NCBI GenBank assembly: GCA_964471165.1
Contig: CAYYEX010000002.1
Location: 60,965 to 124,964 of the forward strand
Reading direction: 5' to 3'
Source of the DNA: an uncultured Candidatus Saccharibacteria bacterium
GTDB taxonomy: Bacteria; Patescibacteriota; Minisyncoccia; Phycocordibacterales; UBA2100
Length of the DNA stretch: 64,000 bases
Below are positions 7,698-16,727 of the stretch, one piece after another (position 1 is the first letter of the stretch; every line of letters starts with the position of its first letter). The notes below the pieces were generated by a model that made no database searches, was not told the origin of the DNA, and saw nothing but the letters and a program-made list of their open reading frames with translations. Made by a program: the position numbers and the translations under genes.

Positions 7698-8606
7698 TTA
7701 TCGCCGTCGTTTGCCGTGAAATGCTTTGTGCACGTCGCGAAGATGGGAGTCGGTAACATGCGTGTATACCTGAGTGGTTGCAATATTCGCGTGTCCAAGC
7801 AGCGCTTGAACGGAACGCAGGTCTGCGCCGTTGGAAAGCAAATCAGTAGCAAACGAGTGGCGAATAACGTGCGGTGTAACCTTGCGCGTGATGCCGGCTT
7901 TCATTGCGTAATTTTTTACGAGCCGCTCAACAGAGCGGGGAGTGAGCCGTGAGAGATCCTTTGTCTTACGCGCTTTACTGTAGCCGACAAAAAGCGCTTC
8001 GCCAAAATCTCCACGCTTTTTCAAATATGCCGCGACTGCTTTTTTTGCTTCATCTGAAAGAAATACCACGCGCACCTTTTCGCCCTTACCGCGCACAGAA
8101 AACTCGTCACGCGTTAAATCGAGGTCTTGATTCAAGTTGCACAGTTCGGATACACGCAGCCCTGTTGAAAAGAGGAGCTCGAGAATCGCACGGTCACGCA
8201 ACGCCGAAAGCGAATCGCCCGTCGGCCCTTTCATCAAGCGCTCAAGCTCGGCCGAGGTAATTAAGTCGAGGTCGCGACCGCCCACTTTGGCAAGCTCAAT
8301 GCGCTCTGGATTCAGACTCACCACGTCGCGCTTGCGAAGAAATTTTAAGAACGCGCGTAATGCGATGAGGTGATAATTCTGCGTATTCTTTTTCATCGTG
8401 CCACTGGTGCCAGCAGAGCGATTGAGTGCAATGCGGAATTCACGCACCATCTGCTCGGTAACAGCGCCTGGATTCTTCACTTTTGCGAAATCAAAGAATC
8501 GTTTCAGGTATCGGTCGTAATTCTCAACCGTTTTTACCCCGCGACCTTTTTCGATTTCGAGATATTCGAGGAACTGTGTTTTCAGGAGTCCGAGGTCCGT
8601 TGCCAT
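7698..8606 (-). CDS. tyrosine site-specific recombinase, XerC/XerD type
   Basis: C-terminal HVIRHSFATDLLSNGADLRSVQALLGHANIATTQVYTHV catalytic motif (R..HxxR..Y); 302 aa. Confidence 0.8.
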   Translation of the reverse strand: MATDLGLLKTQFLEYLEIEKGRGVKTVENYDRYLKRFFDFAKVKNPGAVTEQMVREFRIALNRSAGTSGTMKKNTQNYHLIALRAFLKFLRKRDVVSLNPERIELAKVGGRDLDLITSAELERLMKGPTGDSLSALRDRAILELLFSTGLRVSELCNLNQDLDLTRDEFSVRGKGEKVRVVFLSDEAKKAVAAYLKKRGDFGEALFVGYSKARKTKDLSRLTPRSVERLVKNYAMKAGITRKVTPHVIRHSFATDLLSNGADLRSVQALLGHANIATTQVYTHVTDSHLRDVHKAFHGKRRR

Positions 8607-8643
8607 AAAAACATTATGACATGTCGCACAATATAGAGGGTGA

Positions 8644-9840
8644 CTACCGCTCGTCCTCGAGATACTTTTTCTTTTTCAGCTTGTCGGGTAGATACGATTC
8701 TTGGTCGTACATTTTGTATCCTTTGTGATAACCGACGTCTTTCATCAGCTTCGTTGGGGCATTGCGTACCTTCATCGGGATGGGGAGTGTGCCGTGCAGC
8801 TTTACATCCGCAAGCGCTGCAAAGACCGCGTCGTATGAACGACGATCTTTTTTGCACTGCGAGAGATAGGCAACACCGTGCGCGAGGTTAATCGTGGCTT
8901 CGGGGTAGCCGATCTTGTTCACTGCTTCAAATACTGCATTTGCCACCACCAGCGCAGTGGGCTGTGCGAGCCCGATATCTTCGCTCGCAAAAATAACCAT
9001 TCTTCGTGCAATAAACTTCGGGTCTTCTCCTGCATCCACCATACGGGCCAAATAATAGAGCGCGGCGTCTGGTTGGGACGCGCGCATTGATTTTATGAAT
9101 GCAGAGATAGTGTTGTAGTGTTCTTCGCCTTTTTTGTCGTAGCGCAGGTGAGTGGATTGAATTGCCTCTTTGAGTGAATCAATGGTGATGTCTCCATATA
9201 GCTTCTCTGCCGTCTCAAGCGCAGTGAGCGCCTGGCGCGCGTCACCCGCGGCCATTTGCACGAGCCAGTCGCGCGCATTTTTTGGTATGTGTATTTTGGT
9301 TCGTGCAAGTATCTTCTCCATTTCTTTTTCCGAGTGTTCGTTGAGTACGAATACTCGCGCCCGCGAAAGCAGTGGGGAAATAATTTCAAAACTCGGGTTT
9401 TCAGTGGTTGCCCCGATAAGCGTAATGTCGCCTCGCTCAACAAAAGGGAGTAGAAAATCTTGCTGCGCTTTGTTGAAGCGGTGAATCTCGTCTACAAACA
9501 AAACCACCGGTTTCTTTTTGAGTAGCGTGCCCTTTGTCGGCAACACACGCTTAATGTCGTCTTTGCCGGCCTCGACGGCGGAGAGCTCGTGAAATTCCGC
9601 ATCGAGCGCGGTCGCATATATGCGTGCGAGCGTGGTTTTGCCGCTGCCTGGTGGCCCCCAGAGAATGAACGAAAATAATTCTTTCTTTTCTATCGCCACG
9701 CGCAGCGGCTTTCCCTTACCGGTCAGATGCTCCTGCCCGACGAACTCGGAAAGCGCTTTTGGACGCACTTGTGAGGCGAGCGGTTCCACGCCATGAGATA
9801 TGTGGCTTTGGTTCTCTGCGGATTCCGGTTTCATAAACAT
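8644..9840 (-). CDS. rarA: replication-associated recombination protein A (AAA+ ATPase)
   Basis: [23 protein letters not shown] followed by Walker [14 protein letters not shown]; 398 aa; MgsA/RarA-like C-terminus. Confidence 0.8.
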   Translation of the reverse strand: MFMKPESAENQSHISHGVEPLASQVRPKALSEFVGQEHLTGKGKPLRVAIEKKELFSFILWGPPGSGKTTLARIYATALDAEFHELSAVEAGKDDIKRVLPTKGTLLKKKPVVLFVDEIHRFNKAQQDFLLPFVERGDITLIGATTENPSFEIISPLLSRARVFVLNEHSEKEMEKILARTKIHIPKNARDWLVQMAAGDARQALTALETAEKLYGDITIDSLKEAIQSTHLRYDKKGEEHYNTISAFIKSMRASQPDAALYYLARMVDAGEDPKFIARRMVIFASEDIGLAQPTALVVANAVFEAVNKIGYPEATINLAHGVAYLSQCKKDRRSYDAVFAALADVKLHGTLPIPMKVRNAPTKLMKDVGYHKGYKMYDQESYLPDKLKKKKYLEDER

Positions 9841-9991
9841 CTAAAATTTGTCGGACATGTCGGAGACTTTATCTCACGGGGTCCGAGGCTTCAGTATACG
9901 CTTGTCGTATTTATTGTAGACATGGCTGTTTTCCCGTTTTCCCCGCAAAATTTCCTTGCACGATGTGGCTCACGCGGTATCCTAAGGCGAT

Positions 9992-10495
9992 ATGAACACA
10001 CGCAACATGGTTATCTGGGTCATCGTCCTCATCGTGGTACTCCTCGGCGGCTACGCGACCTACAAATTTATGAGTGGAGATTCGTCGGGTGCAGCATCTG
10101 CACAACAGAATGCTACCTCGACCGCCGCTACTGGCGACCAGGTTCAGGCACAGGAAGTTAAGGTAGGTACGGGCGCTGAAGCGACCCCGGGCTCACAAGT
10201 ATCGGTGCTATACGTCGGTAAATTGACCGATGGCACCGTTTTTGACAGCTCACAGGCACACGGTAATCAGCCGCTTACCTTCGTACTTGGCTCCCAGGAC
10301 ATGATTCCAGGCTTCCAAATCGGGGTAAATGGCATGAAAATCGGTGGTCAGCGCGTTATGGCAGTCCCTCCGGCCCTCGCCTACGGGGACAAGCCAGTTA
10401 CCAACCCTCAAACTGGCGCAACCATCATCCCAGCGAACTCAACTATCGTATTTGAAGTCGAGCTCGTCGACGTGAAGCCAGCCCCAACTCAGTAA
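9992..10495 (+). CDS. FKBP-type peptidyl-prolyl cis-trans isomerase with N-terminal membrane anchor
   Basis: VSVLYVGKLTDGTVFDSS...LTFVLGSQDMIPGFQIGVNGMKIGGQRVMAVPPALAYG FKBP signature. Confidence 0.8.
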   Translation: MNTRNMVIWVIVLIVVLLGGYATYKFMSGDSSGAASAQQNATSTAATGDQVQAQEVKVGTGAEATPGSQVSVLYVGKLTDGTVFDSSQAHGNQPLTFVLGSQDMIPGFQIGVNGMKIGGQRVMAVPPALAYGDKPVTNPQTGATIIPANSTIVFEVELVDVKPAPTQ

Positions 10496-10593
10496 AATTC
10501 TCCCTTTTAGGGCCCAAAATATGCATTTCAGCCCCCTCGGCCCAGAGCCGCGGGGGCCTTGCATTAAGCCATTTAATATGCTATTCTCCCGGA

Positions 10594-10860
10594 ATGCTAA
10601 CGAAGCGAAAGAAGGCAAATGAAATCACGAAGGCGAAGCGCCACGACACCGATACGGGGTCTCCAGAGGTGCAAATCGCTATTTTGACACGCCGCATCGA
10701 GGAGCTTTCTGCTCATTTGAGCAAAAACAACAAGGACAAGCACTCTCGACGCGGACTTTTGGGTCTCGTTGCTGATCGCCGAAAGCATTTGAAATACTTG
10801 GAAGAGAACAACAAGCGCGCTTACGGCACGCTCGTGAAGAAACTCGGCCTCAAGAAATAA
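10594..10860 (+). CDS. rpsO: 30S ribosomal protein S15
   Basis: 88 aa; GSPEVQIAILTRRIEELSAHL...HSRRGLLGLVADRRKHLKYL is the S15 consensus; lies upstream of pnp as in many bacteria. Confidence 0.9.
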   Translation: MLTKRKKANEITKAKRHDTDTGSPEVQIAILTRRIEELSAHLSKNNKDKHSRRGLLGLVADRRKHLKYLEENNKRAYGTLVKKLGLKK

Positions 10861-11029
10861 CCCTCGCTTGGGTTATTGGTCGTTTGCGCCACTTTTATAC
10901 AAAACAGGCGCAACTTAGCCGACGCTCCCCTGAGGAGTACACTTCTCTGTAGATTTTCTACTGTGTTTCCAACGAACGGTTCATTTTAGAACCTTTTTAA
11001 AATTTGTTTCCTCAATTAGATATATTTGT

Positions 11030-11647
11030 ATGGCTATCATTAAACATCCAGAACAGCGTGTCGGCGTTTTCATCGACACACAGAACCTCTATCACAGCGC
11101 GAAAAACATTTATCATGCGCGTGTGAACTTTGGCAACGTCCTCAAGGACTCAGTTGCCGGCCGCCGCCTGATTCGAGCTCGCGCCTACGTTGTAACGACG
11201 GAGAGCGGCGAAGAGAAAGGCTTTTTCGAAGCCCTCGGTAAAATCGGCATCGAAACCACCACGAAAGACCTCCAAGTTTTCTTTGGTGGAGCAAAAAAGG
11301 CCGACTGGGACGTGGGTATGGCGGTCGACGCCATTACCATGTCTCCAAAACTCGACACGGTCATCCTCTTCACAGGAGACGGAGACTTCGTGCCATTGGT
11401 TAAGTACCTCCAGGTACACGGGGGCTGCCAAGTGGAGGTTGCATCATTCGGCCGCTCTACATCGAGCATGCTTAAGGCTGCGGCAGACCACTTCCTCGAC
11501 CTCGACGAAGACCCGCGTCGCTATCTCATCAACTACCGCGGTGGCGCAAAGCGCCAAATCGACCGAATGAACGCGCCAGACGATTCGTCAGACGCAGACG
11601 TGCAGAAGGTCATCGGTGATAACGAAAAAATCTCTAACCAAGACTAG
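11030..11647 (+). CDS. NYN/LabA-like (PIN-fold) domain protein
   Basis: VGVFIDTQNLYHSAKNIY ... ILFTGDGDFVPLVKYLQ pattern of LabA/NYN nucleases. Confidence 0.65.
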   Translation: MAIIKHPEQRVGVFIDTQNLYHSAKNIYHARVNFGNVLKDSVAGRRLIRARAYVVTTESGEEKGFFEALGKIGIETTTKDLQVFFGGAKKADWDVGMAVDAITMSPKLDTVILFTGDGDFVPLVKYLQVHGGCQVEVASFGRSTSSMLKAAADHFLDLDEDPRRYLINYRGGAKRQIDRMNAPDDSSDADVQKVIGDNEKISNQD

Positions 11648-11710
11648 TTACAACCTTCTCGCCGTAACGCTCAGCCCCGACACAGTCGGGGCTTTTGCTA
11701 CAATCCGTCG

Positions 11711-13417
11711 ATGCTTCAGGACGTTGCACTCAAGATAATGAAGACAGGGGCAAATGTCTTTCTCACGGGGGAACCGGGCAGCGGTAAAACACATACGGTA
11801 AATGCATATGTGAAATGGCTCCGAGAACACGGCATTGAGCCGGCCATCACCGCATCAACTGGCATTGCCGCAACGCACGTGGGCGGCATGACGATTCACG
11901 CGTGGACCGGAATCGGCGTAAAGCGTGACCTCACTGAATATGATTTGGACGAGATTATGTCGCGCGAGCGTTTAGTAAAACGAGCAGCAGCCTCGCAGGT
12001 ACTTATCATCGACGAAATCTCGATGGTTGATGCGCGCACACTCTCAATGGCAGAGCGCGCGATTCGTGCGCTCAAACGCACCGATAAACCGTGGGGTGGC
12101 ATGCAGGTAGTACTCGTGGGCGATTTTTATCAACTACCCCCAGTCTCTACAAAAGAAAACGTCGTTGGTGAAGTAATTCAGTTCGACGCTACGGCTCCAA
12201 AGTCAAAACCGCAAACATCTTTTTCCTACACATCTGCGGCGTGGCACGCAGCAAATCCAATTGTTTGCTACTTGTCCGAGCAACATCGACAGGACGATGC
12301 CCCATTCCTTGATTTACTCAATGCAATACGAAAAGGCAGGGTAGGGGATGAACATCACGAACTCCTCAACTCGCGTGCCTCCGCGCTCGAAGATTTGCCA
12401 GAGAGCGCCGCGCGACTCTACTCGCACAACGCAAACGTGGACAGAGAAAACACACAGCGTCTCGCGTCGACCGATGGTGACGAGCGCAGTTATCACATGG
12501 TCTCAAAAGGCTCTGCCCATATTGTTGAAGCGCTCAAGCGCGGCTGTCTTTCGCCAGAAACGCTCGTGCTGAAAGTGGGAGCACGGGTCATGTTTACAAA
12601 AAACGCACTCGATGGCTCGTATGCAAATGGCACACTTGGTGAAGTTATTGAACTCAATGACGTCGGGCCGGTAGTTCGCACAAATAGCGGGCGCACCATC
12701 CTCGCGCAACCTGCTGAATGGTCTGTGACAGACGGTGGTAAAGTGCTGGCCCGTGTTGCGCAGGTACCGTTGCGCCTTGCGTGGGCTGTTACCGTGCACA
12801 AGAGCCAAGGCATGACGCTCGACAGCGCTGCGGTCGATTTGTCCGCCGCATTTGAATATGGCCAAGGCTACGTAGCCCTCTCCCGTGTACGCGAACTCTC
12901 CGGACTCTACTTACTTGGCTACAACGAACGCGCACTCCAGGTGCACCCTGAAGTCACCGCGCAAGACACGAACTTTAAATTGAACTCTGCCTCTGCGCGC
13001 AAGCGTTTTGAAGCAATGTCGTTAGCTGAACACGCTGAATATTCAGACGCATTTGTAACCGCACTTGGGGGCGACCCAAGAGGCGCCGTTGTGCCAACCG
13101 AGAGGGTTGAGCGCGTAGACACCTGCACCGCGACTTTTGAACTGGTTCAGAGAAAACTATCGCTCGAAGAGATTGCAATCGAACGAAAGTTAAAGTCCGG
13201 CACGATTGTGAGTCACCTTGAGCAGCTGCAACAACAAAAGAAACTGACCGCGGACATGCTCGGTGAGCTTATCCCTGCGAAGAAACTTAAGGAGCTCAAG
13301 CCGATTATTTCTGTTATGAAAAAGAAAAAGCTCACTGCGCTCACTCCGATTTTTCAAGCATTGAAAGGCGAACACTCGTTCGAAGACATCCGTCTTGCAC
13401 GACTCTTTGTTGATTAG
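11711..13417 (+). CDS. Pif1/RecD-family superfamily-1 DNA helicase with C-terminal helix-turn-helix extension
   Basis: Walker A FLTGEPGSGKTHTV; LIIDEISMVD; VLVGDFYQLPPV; SH3-like middle; C-terminal HTH-like tail; 568 aa. Confidence 0.75.
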   Translation: MLQDVALKIMKTGANVFLTGEPGSGKTHTVNAYVKWLREHGIEPAITASTGIAATHVGGMTIHAWTGIGVKRDLTEYDLDEIMSRERLVKRAAASQVLIIDEISMVDARTLSMAERAIRALKRTDKPWGGMQVVLVGDFYQLPPVSTKENVVGEVIQFDATAPKSKPQTSFSYTSAAWHAANPIVCYLSEQHRQDDAPFLDLLNAIRKGRVGDEHHELLNSRASALEDLPESAARLYSHNANVDRENTQRLASTDGDERSYHMVSKGSAHIVEALKRGCLSPETLVLKVGARVMFTKNALDGSYANGTLGEVIELNDVGPVVRTNSGRTILAQPAEWSVTDGGKVLARVAQVPLRLAWAVTVHKSQGMTLDSAAVDLSAAFEYGQGYVALSRVRELSGLYLLGYNERALQVHPEVTAQDTNFKLNSASARKRFEAMSLAEHAEYSDAFVTALGGDPRGAVVPTERVERVDTCTATFELVQRKLSLEEIAIERKLKSGTIVSHLEQLQQQKKLTADMLGELIPAKKLKELKPIISVMKKKKLTALTPIFQALKGEHSFEDIRLARLFVD

Positions 13418-14418
13418 ATATGGGCACTACGCGCTTTTCTCGATGAGAGATACGACAAACCAACAAATACAAACCCAACAAGGCCGGTGACCGTTTCCGG
13501 CACGTCCACAAAGATGCCTGCAATCATCGCGAGCGCGAGCCCGAAGATTGCCCAGTGCGCTCCATGTTCCAGATATACGAGTGTTGAGAGCGTTTTCGCA
13601 CGCACGAGTGCGATTGTGAAAGTTCGCACGAAGAGCGCACCAATACCTAAGCCAGCAATGATGACAGGCAGTGAGTTGGTAACCGCAAACGCACCCACAA
13701 CGCCATCAAGCGAGAACGCAGAGTCGAGCACGTTGAGATAGATGAAAAGCGCGACTCCACCACTTGCGACATGGCGCGTTGCGTCGCTGAACGAGTGCGT
13801 GACGCCTTCCATGATGACGAAAATAATTACACCGACGATGCCCGCAATAAGCAGTGTTGCCGCCTCCTCATGCGGCACGAACAACGCACAGACAAGCAGA
13901 ACTCCGAGCGTAAGGGCAAGCTCGATAGCTTCGATGCGCCCCCAACTCGAGAGTCTTTGTTCTACCGCCTCAATCCAATGCATGGTCTTTGCGCGATTAA
14001 AGAAGTATTTGAGCGAAACGAGCATAAGGAATGCGCTGCCGAACGCGGAGATAGCAACATGTGCGTCAATGATGTGAGCGCCGTATGCGGCAGGGTCTAA
14101 GAAGGCGAGTTTTGCGACCGCAAACGGCGAGAGCGATACCGCCACCGCCACAATGATAATCGGCAAAACAAATCGGGTCCCGAATACGGCAAATATGATG
14201 CCCCACGTAAGAAAGCGTTTCTGCCACAGAGGGCTCATTTGGGCGAGAATCTTTGCATTAATGACGGCGTTATCGAAGGAGAGGGTGGTTTCGAGCACTG
14301 CAAGCAGAATCACAAGAAATAATGCTTCATAACCGCCCCAGAAGAACGCTGCCACACATGCCGCAAGCGTGACGAATATCGGAATGACAAACAACCTCAT
14401 GAGGCCGAATCGTAGCAC
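13414..14418 (-). CDS. TerC/DUF475-like polytopic membrane protein
   Basis: nine or so hydrophobic helices; LSFDNAVINA motif reminiscent of the TerC family. Confidence 0.45.
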   Translation of the reverse strand: MLRFGLMRLFVIPIFVTLAACVAAFFWGGYEALFLVILLAVLETTLSFDNAVINAKILAQMSPLWQKRFLTWGIIFAVFGTRFVLPIIIVAVAVSLSPFAVAKLAFLDPAAYGAHIIDAHVAISAFGSAFLMLVSLKYFFNRAKTMHWIEAVEQRLSSWGRIEAIELALTLGVLLVCALFVPHEEAATLLIAGIVGVIIFVIMEGVTHSFSDATRHVASGGVALFIYLNVLDSAFSLDGVVGAFAVTNSLPVIIAGLGIGALFVRTFTIALVRAKTLSTLVYLEHGAHWAIFGLALAMIAGIFVDVPETVTGLVGFVFVGLSYLSSRKARSAHI

Positions 14419-14555
14419 ACTGCGCTCATCATTTGGAGCAACCTCGAGGGACTGGTAGAGTGCCTCTATTAATAGGGCCCTTGGATAGGTAGCTCTTAAG
14501 CCGGGTTTTCACCGGGTTTGAGACCTAAAATCCGAGGGTCAATAATTGATCCAAA

Positions 14556-16727
14556 ATGGAAAAGAAGATTTATTCTCTCGAAATCGGGGGTAAGACCTTA
14601 ACAGCAGAATTCAACGACTGGGCAGACCAAGCCTCCGGCTCGGTACTCATGAAGTACGGCTTGAGCACCGTGCTCGCAACGGTCGTTATGGGCAGCAAGG
14701 AGAGCAATCTCGACTATTTCCCACTCTCGGTAGAATACGAGGAAAAATTTTACGCCGCAGGCGCCATCTTGGGCTCCCGCTTTATGCGCCGTGAAGGTCG
14801 TCCGTCTGAAGAGGCGGTCCTCTCTGGCCGCATCGTAGACCGCACAATCCGTCCATTGTTTCCGAAGGGCCTCAAGCGTGACGTGCAGGTCATTGTTGCC
14901 GTGCTCTCAATCGAAGACTACGACACCGACGTCCTCGCGGTGAACGCAGCATCGCTCGCGCTCGCTACTTCAAATATTCCGTGGAATGGACCAGTCTCCG
15001 CTGTTCGCCTCGAACGAGCAGATGACGGTTCGTTTATCACCAACCCGACCTACAAAGAGCGCGAAGCGGAGGGTGCGCGCATGGACTTGCTCGCATGTGG
15101 TAAAGACGGACTCATAAACATGATTGAAGTCGGCGCATCCGAAGTCTCCGAAGAAGTTCTCGAAACCGCATTTCAGAAAGCGAGCGAGGAAATTGAAAAA
15201 ATCCAGGCATGGCAGAAATCAATCGTTGCTGAGCGTGGCGTTGCAAAGTTCGACTACAAAAAGTCCGAAGACCTCAGTGCCGCGGAATCTTTGTGGGGTA
15301 CATACATGGTGCCGAAAGTGCTCGCATACAAGGGCATTCTCGACAAAGAGGCTCTCGGTACACTCAAGGACGAGTGGACAAAGCATGCAGTTGAAACACT
15401 TCCCGACATTGCACCGGGTAAGTTTGGAGAAATCTATGAACACAAAATGGACGAATACGTGCACGAGCTTGCGATAAACGAAGGCAAGCGAGTCGACGGC
15501 CGCGCGATGGATGAAATCCGTCCACTCTTTGCAGAAGCTGCAACCCTCGCACCAGTCGTGCATGGCTCAGGCCTCTTCTACCGGGGCGCAACACACGTGC
15601 TCGCGGCGCTCACACTCGGTGGACCGGGAGACTCACAGCTCATCGATACTATCGAATACCAGGAGGCAAAGAAGAGCTTCATGCTCCACTACAACTTCCC
15701 ACCGTATTCCGTCGGTGAGACCGGTCGCATGGGTGGCACAAACCGCCGCATGATTGGTCACGGCGCACTCGCTGAGAAAGCATTGCGCGCAGTACTCCCG
15801 ACAAAAGAAGTATTCCCATACACGATTCGTATCGTTGCCGAGAGCCTTGCATCGAATGGCTCTACGTCGATGGCATCAACGTGTGCCGGCACTGTTGCAC
15901 TTATGGATGCGGGGGTTCCGATTACACGCCCCGTGGCAGGTATCGCTATGGGCATGATGTCTGATGCGGTCAAAGGCGAGTATCGTGTACTCACCGATAT
16001 TCAAGGACCCGAAGACCACCACGGTGACATGGACTTCAAAGTTGCCGGTACAACAGTTGGCGTAACCGCAGTACAGATGGACGTGAAGGTTGAGGGAGTT
16101 CCGCTCAAGGTACTTTCTCAAGCATTCGCACAGGCAAAGAAGGCCCGCATGCAGATTCTCGACGTTATTACTGCCGCAATTCCAACACCGCGCGCAGATA
16201 TTTCTCCTCGTGCCCCAAAGATTCTGACCACGCACGTTAAGGTCGACCAAATCGGTCTCGTCATCGGGCCGGGCGGCAAGACAATCAACGGTATCAAAGA
16301 CCGAACGAAGTGCGACGACATTACTATCGAAGAGGATGGAACAATCTTCATTACTGGTCGTGATGGTTCTGCAGAACTCGCGATGAAAGAAATCAACGAT
16401 CTCACTCGCGAGTTCATGGTAGGTGACAAGTTTGAAGGACCGGTTGTCCGTCTCATGGACTTCGGCGCATTCGTGAAGATTTCGCCAAACCAAGATGGAC
16501 TCGTCCACGTCTCCGAAGTTGCACCATTCCGCATCGGAAATATTTCCGAAGCACTACAGGTCGGCGACGTTGTTCCCGTGGTACTGAAGGAAATCGACGA
16601 GAAAGGACGCTATAATCTCTCAATCAAAGCCGCCGATTCGGAATGGGCCGCACGCAAGGGCCTCAAGCCGTCGGAAGGTGATGGAGGAAATCATGGCCGA
16701 AGAGAAAACAGGGAACGACGCATCTAG
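14556..16727 (+). CDS. pnp: polyribonucleotide nucleotidyltransferase (PNPase)
   Basis: 723 aa; two RNase PH domains, KH (LVIGPGGKTINGIKD) and S1 C-terminus; follows rpsO. Confidence 0.9.
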   Translation: MEKKIYSLEIGGKTLTAEFNDWADQASGSVLMKYGLSTVLATVVMGSKESNLDYFPLSVEYEEKFYAAGAILGSRFMRREGRPSEEAVLSGRIVDRTIRPLFPKGLKRDVQVIVAVLSIEDYDTDVLAVNAASLALATSNIPWNGPVSAVRLERADDGSFITNPTYKEREAEGARMDLLACGKDGLINMIEVGASEVSEEVLETAFQKASEEIEKIQAWQKSIVAERGVAKFDYKKSEDLSAAESLWGTYMVPKVLAYKGILDKEALGTLKDEWTKHAVETLPDIAPGKFGEIYEHKMDEYVHELAINEGKRVDGRAMDEIRPLFAEAATLAPVVHGSGLFYRGATHVLAALTLGGPGDSQLIDTIEYQEAKKSFMLHYNFPPYSVGETGRMGGTNRRMIGHGALAEKALRAVLPTKEVFPYTIRIVAESLASNGSTSMASTCAGTVALMDAGVPITRPVAGIAMGMMSDAVKGEYRVLTDIQGPEDHHGDMDFKVAGTTVGVTAVQMDVKVEGVPLKVLSQAFAQAKKARMQILDVITAAIPTPRADISPRAPKILTTHVKVDQIGLVIGPGGKTINGIKDRTKCDDITIEEDGTIFITGRDGSAELAMKEINDLTREFMVGDKFEGPVVRLMDFGAFVKISPNQDGLVHVSEVAPFRIGNISEALQVGDVVPVVLKEIDEKGRYNLSIKAADSEWAARKGLKPSEGDGGNHGRRENRERRI

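Noticed and set aside
7698-8606. Whether the tyrosine recombinase marks an integrated mobile element
   Set aside because: It is flanked by housekeeping genes (xth, rarA) with no att-like repeats, tRNA or phage/plasmid genes adjacent; more consistent with a chromosomal XerC/XerD dimer-resolution recombinase.
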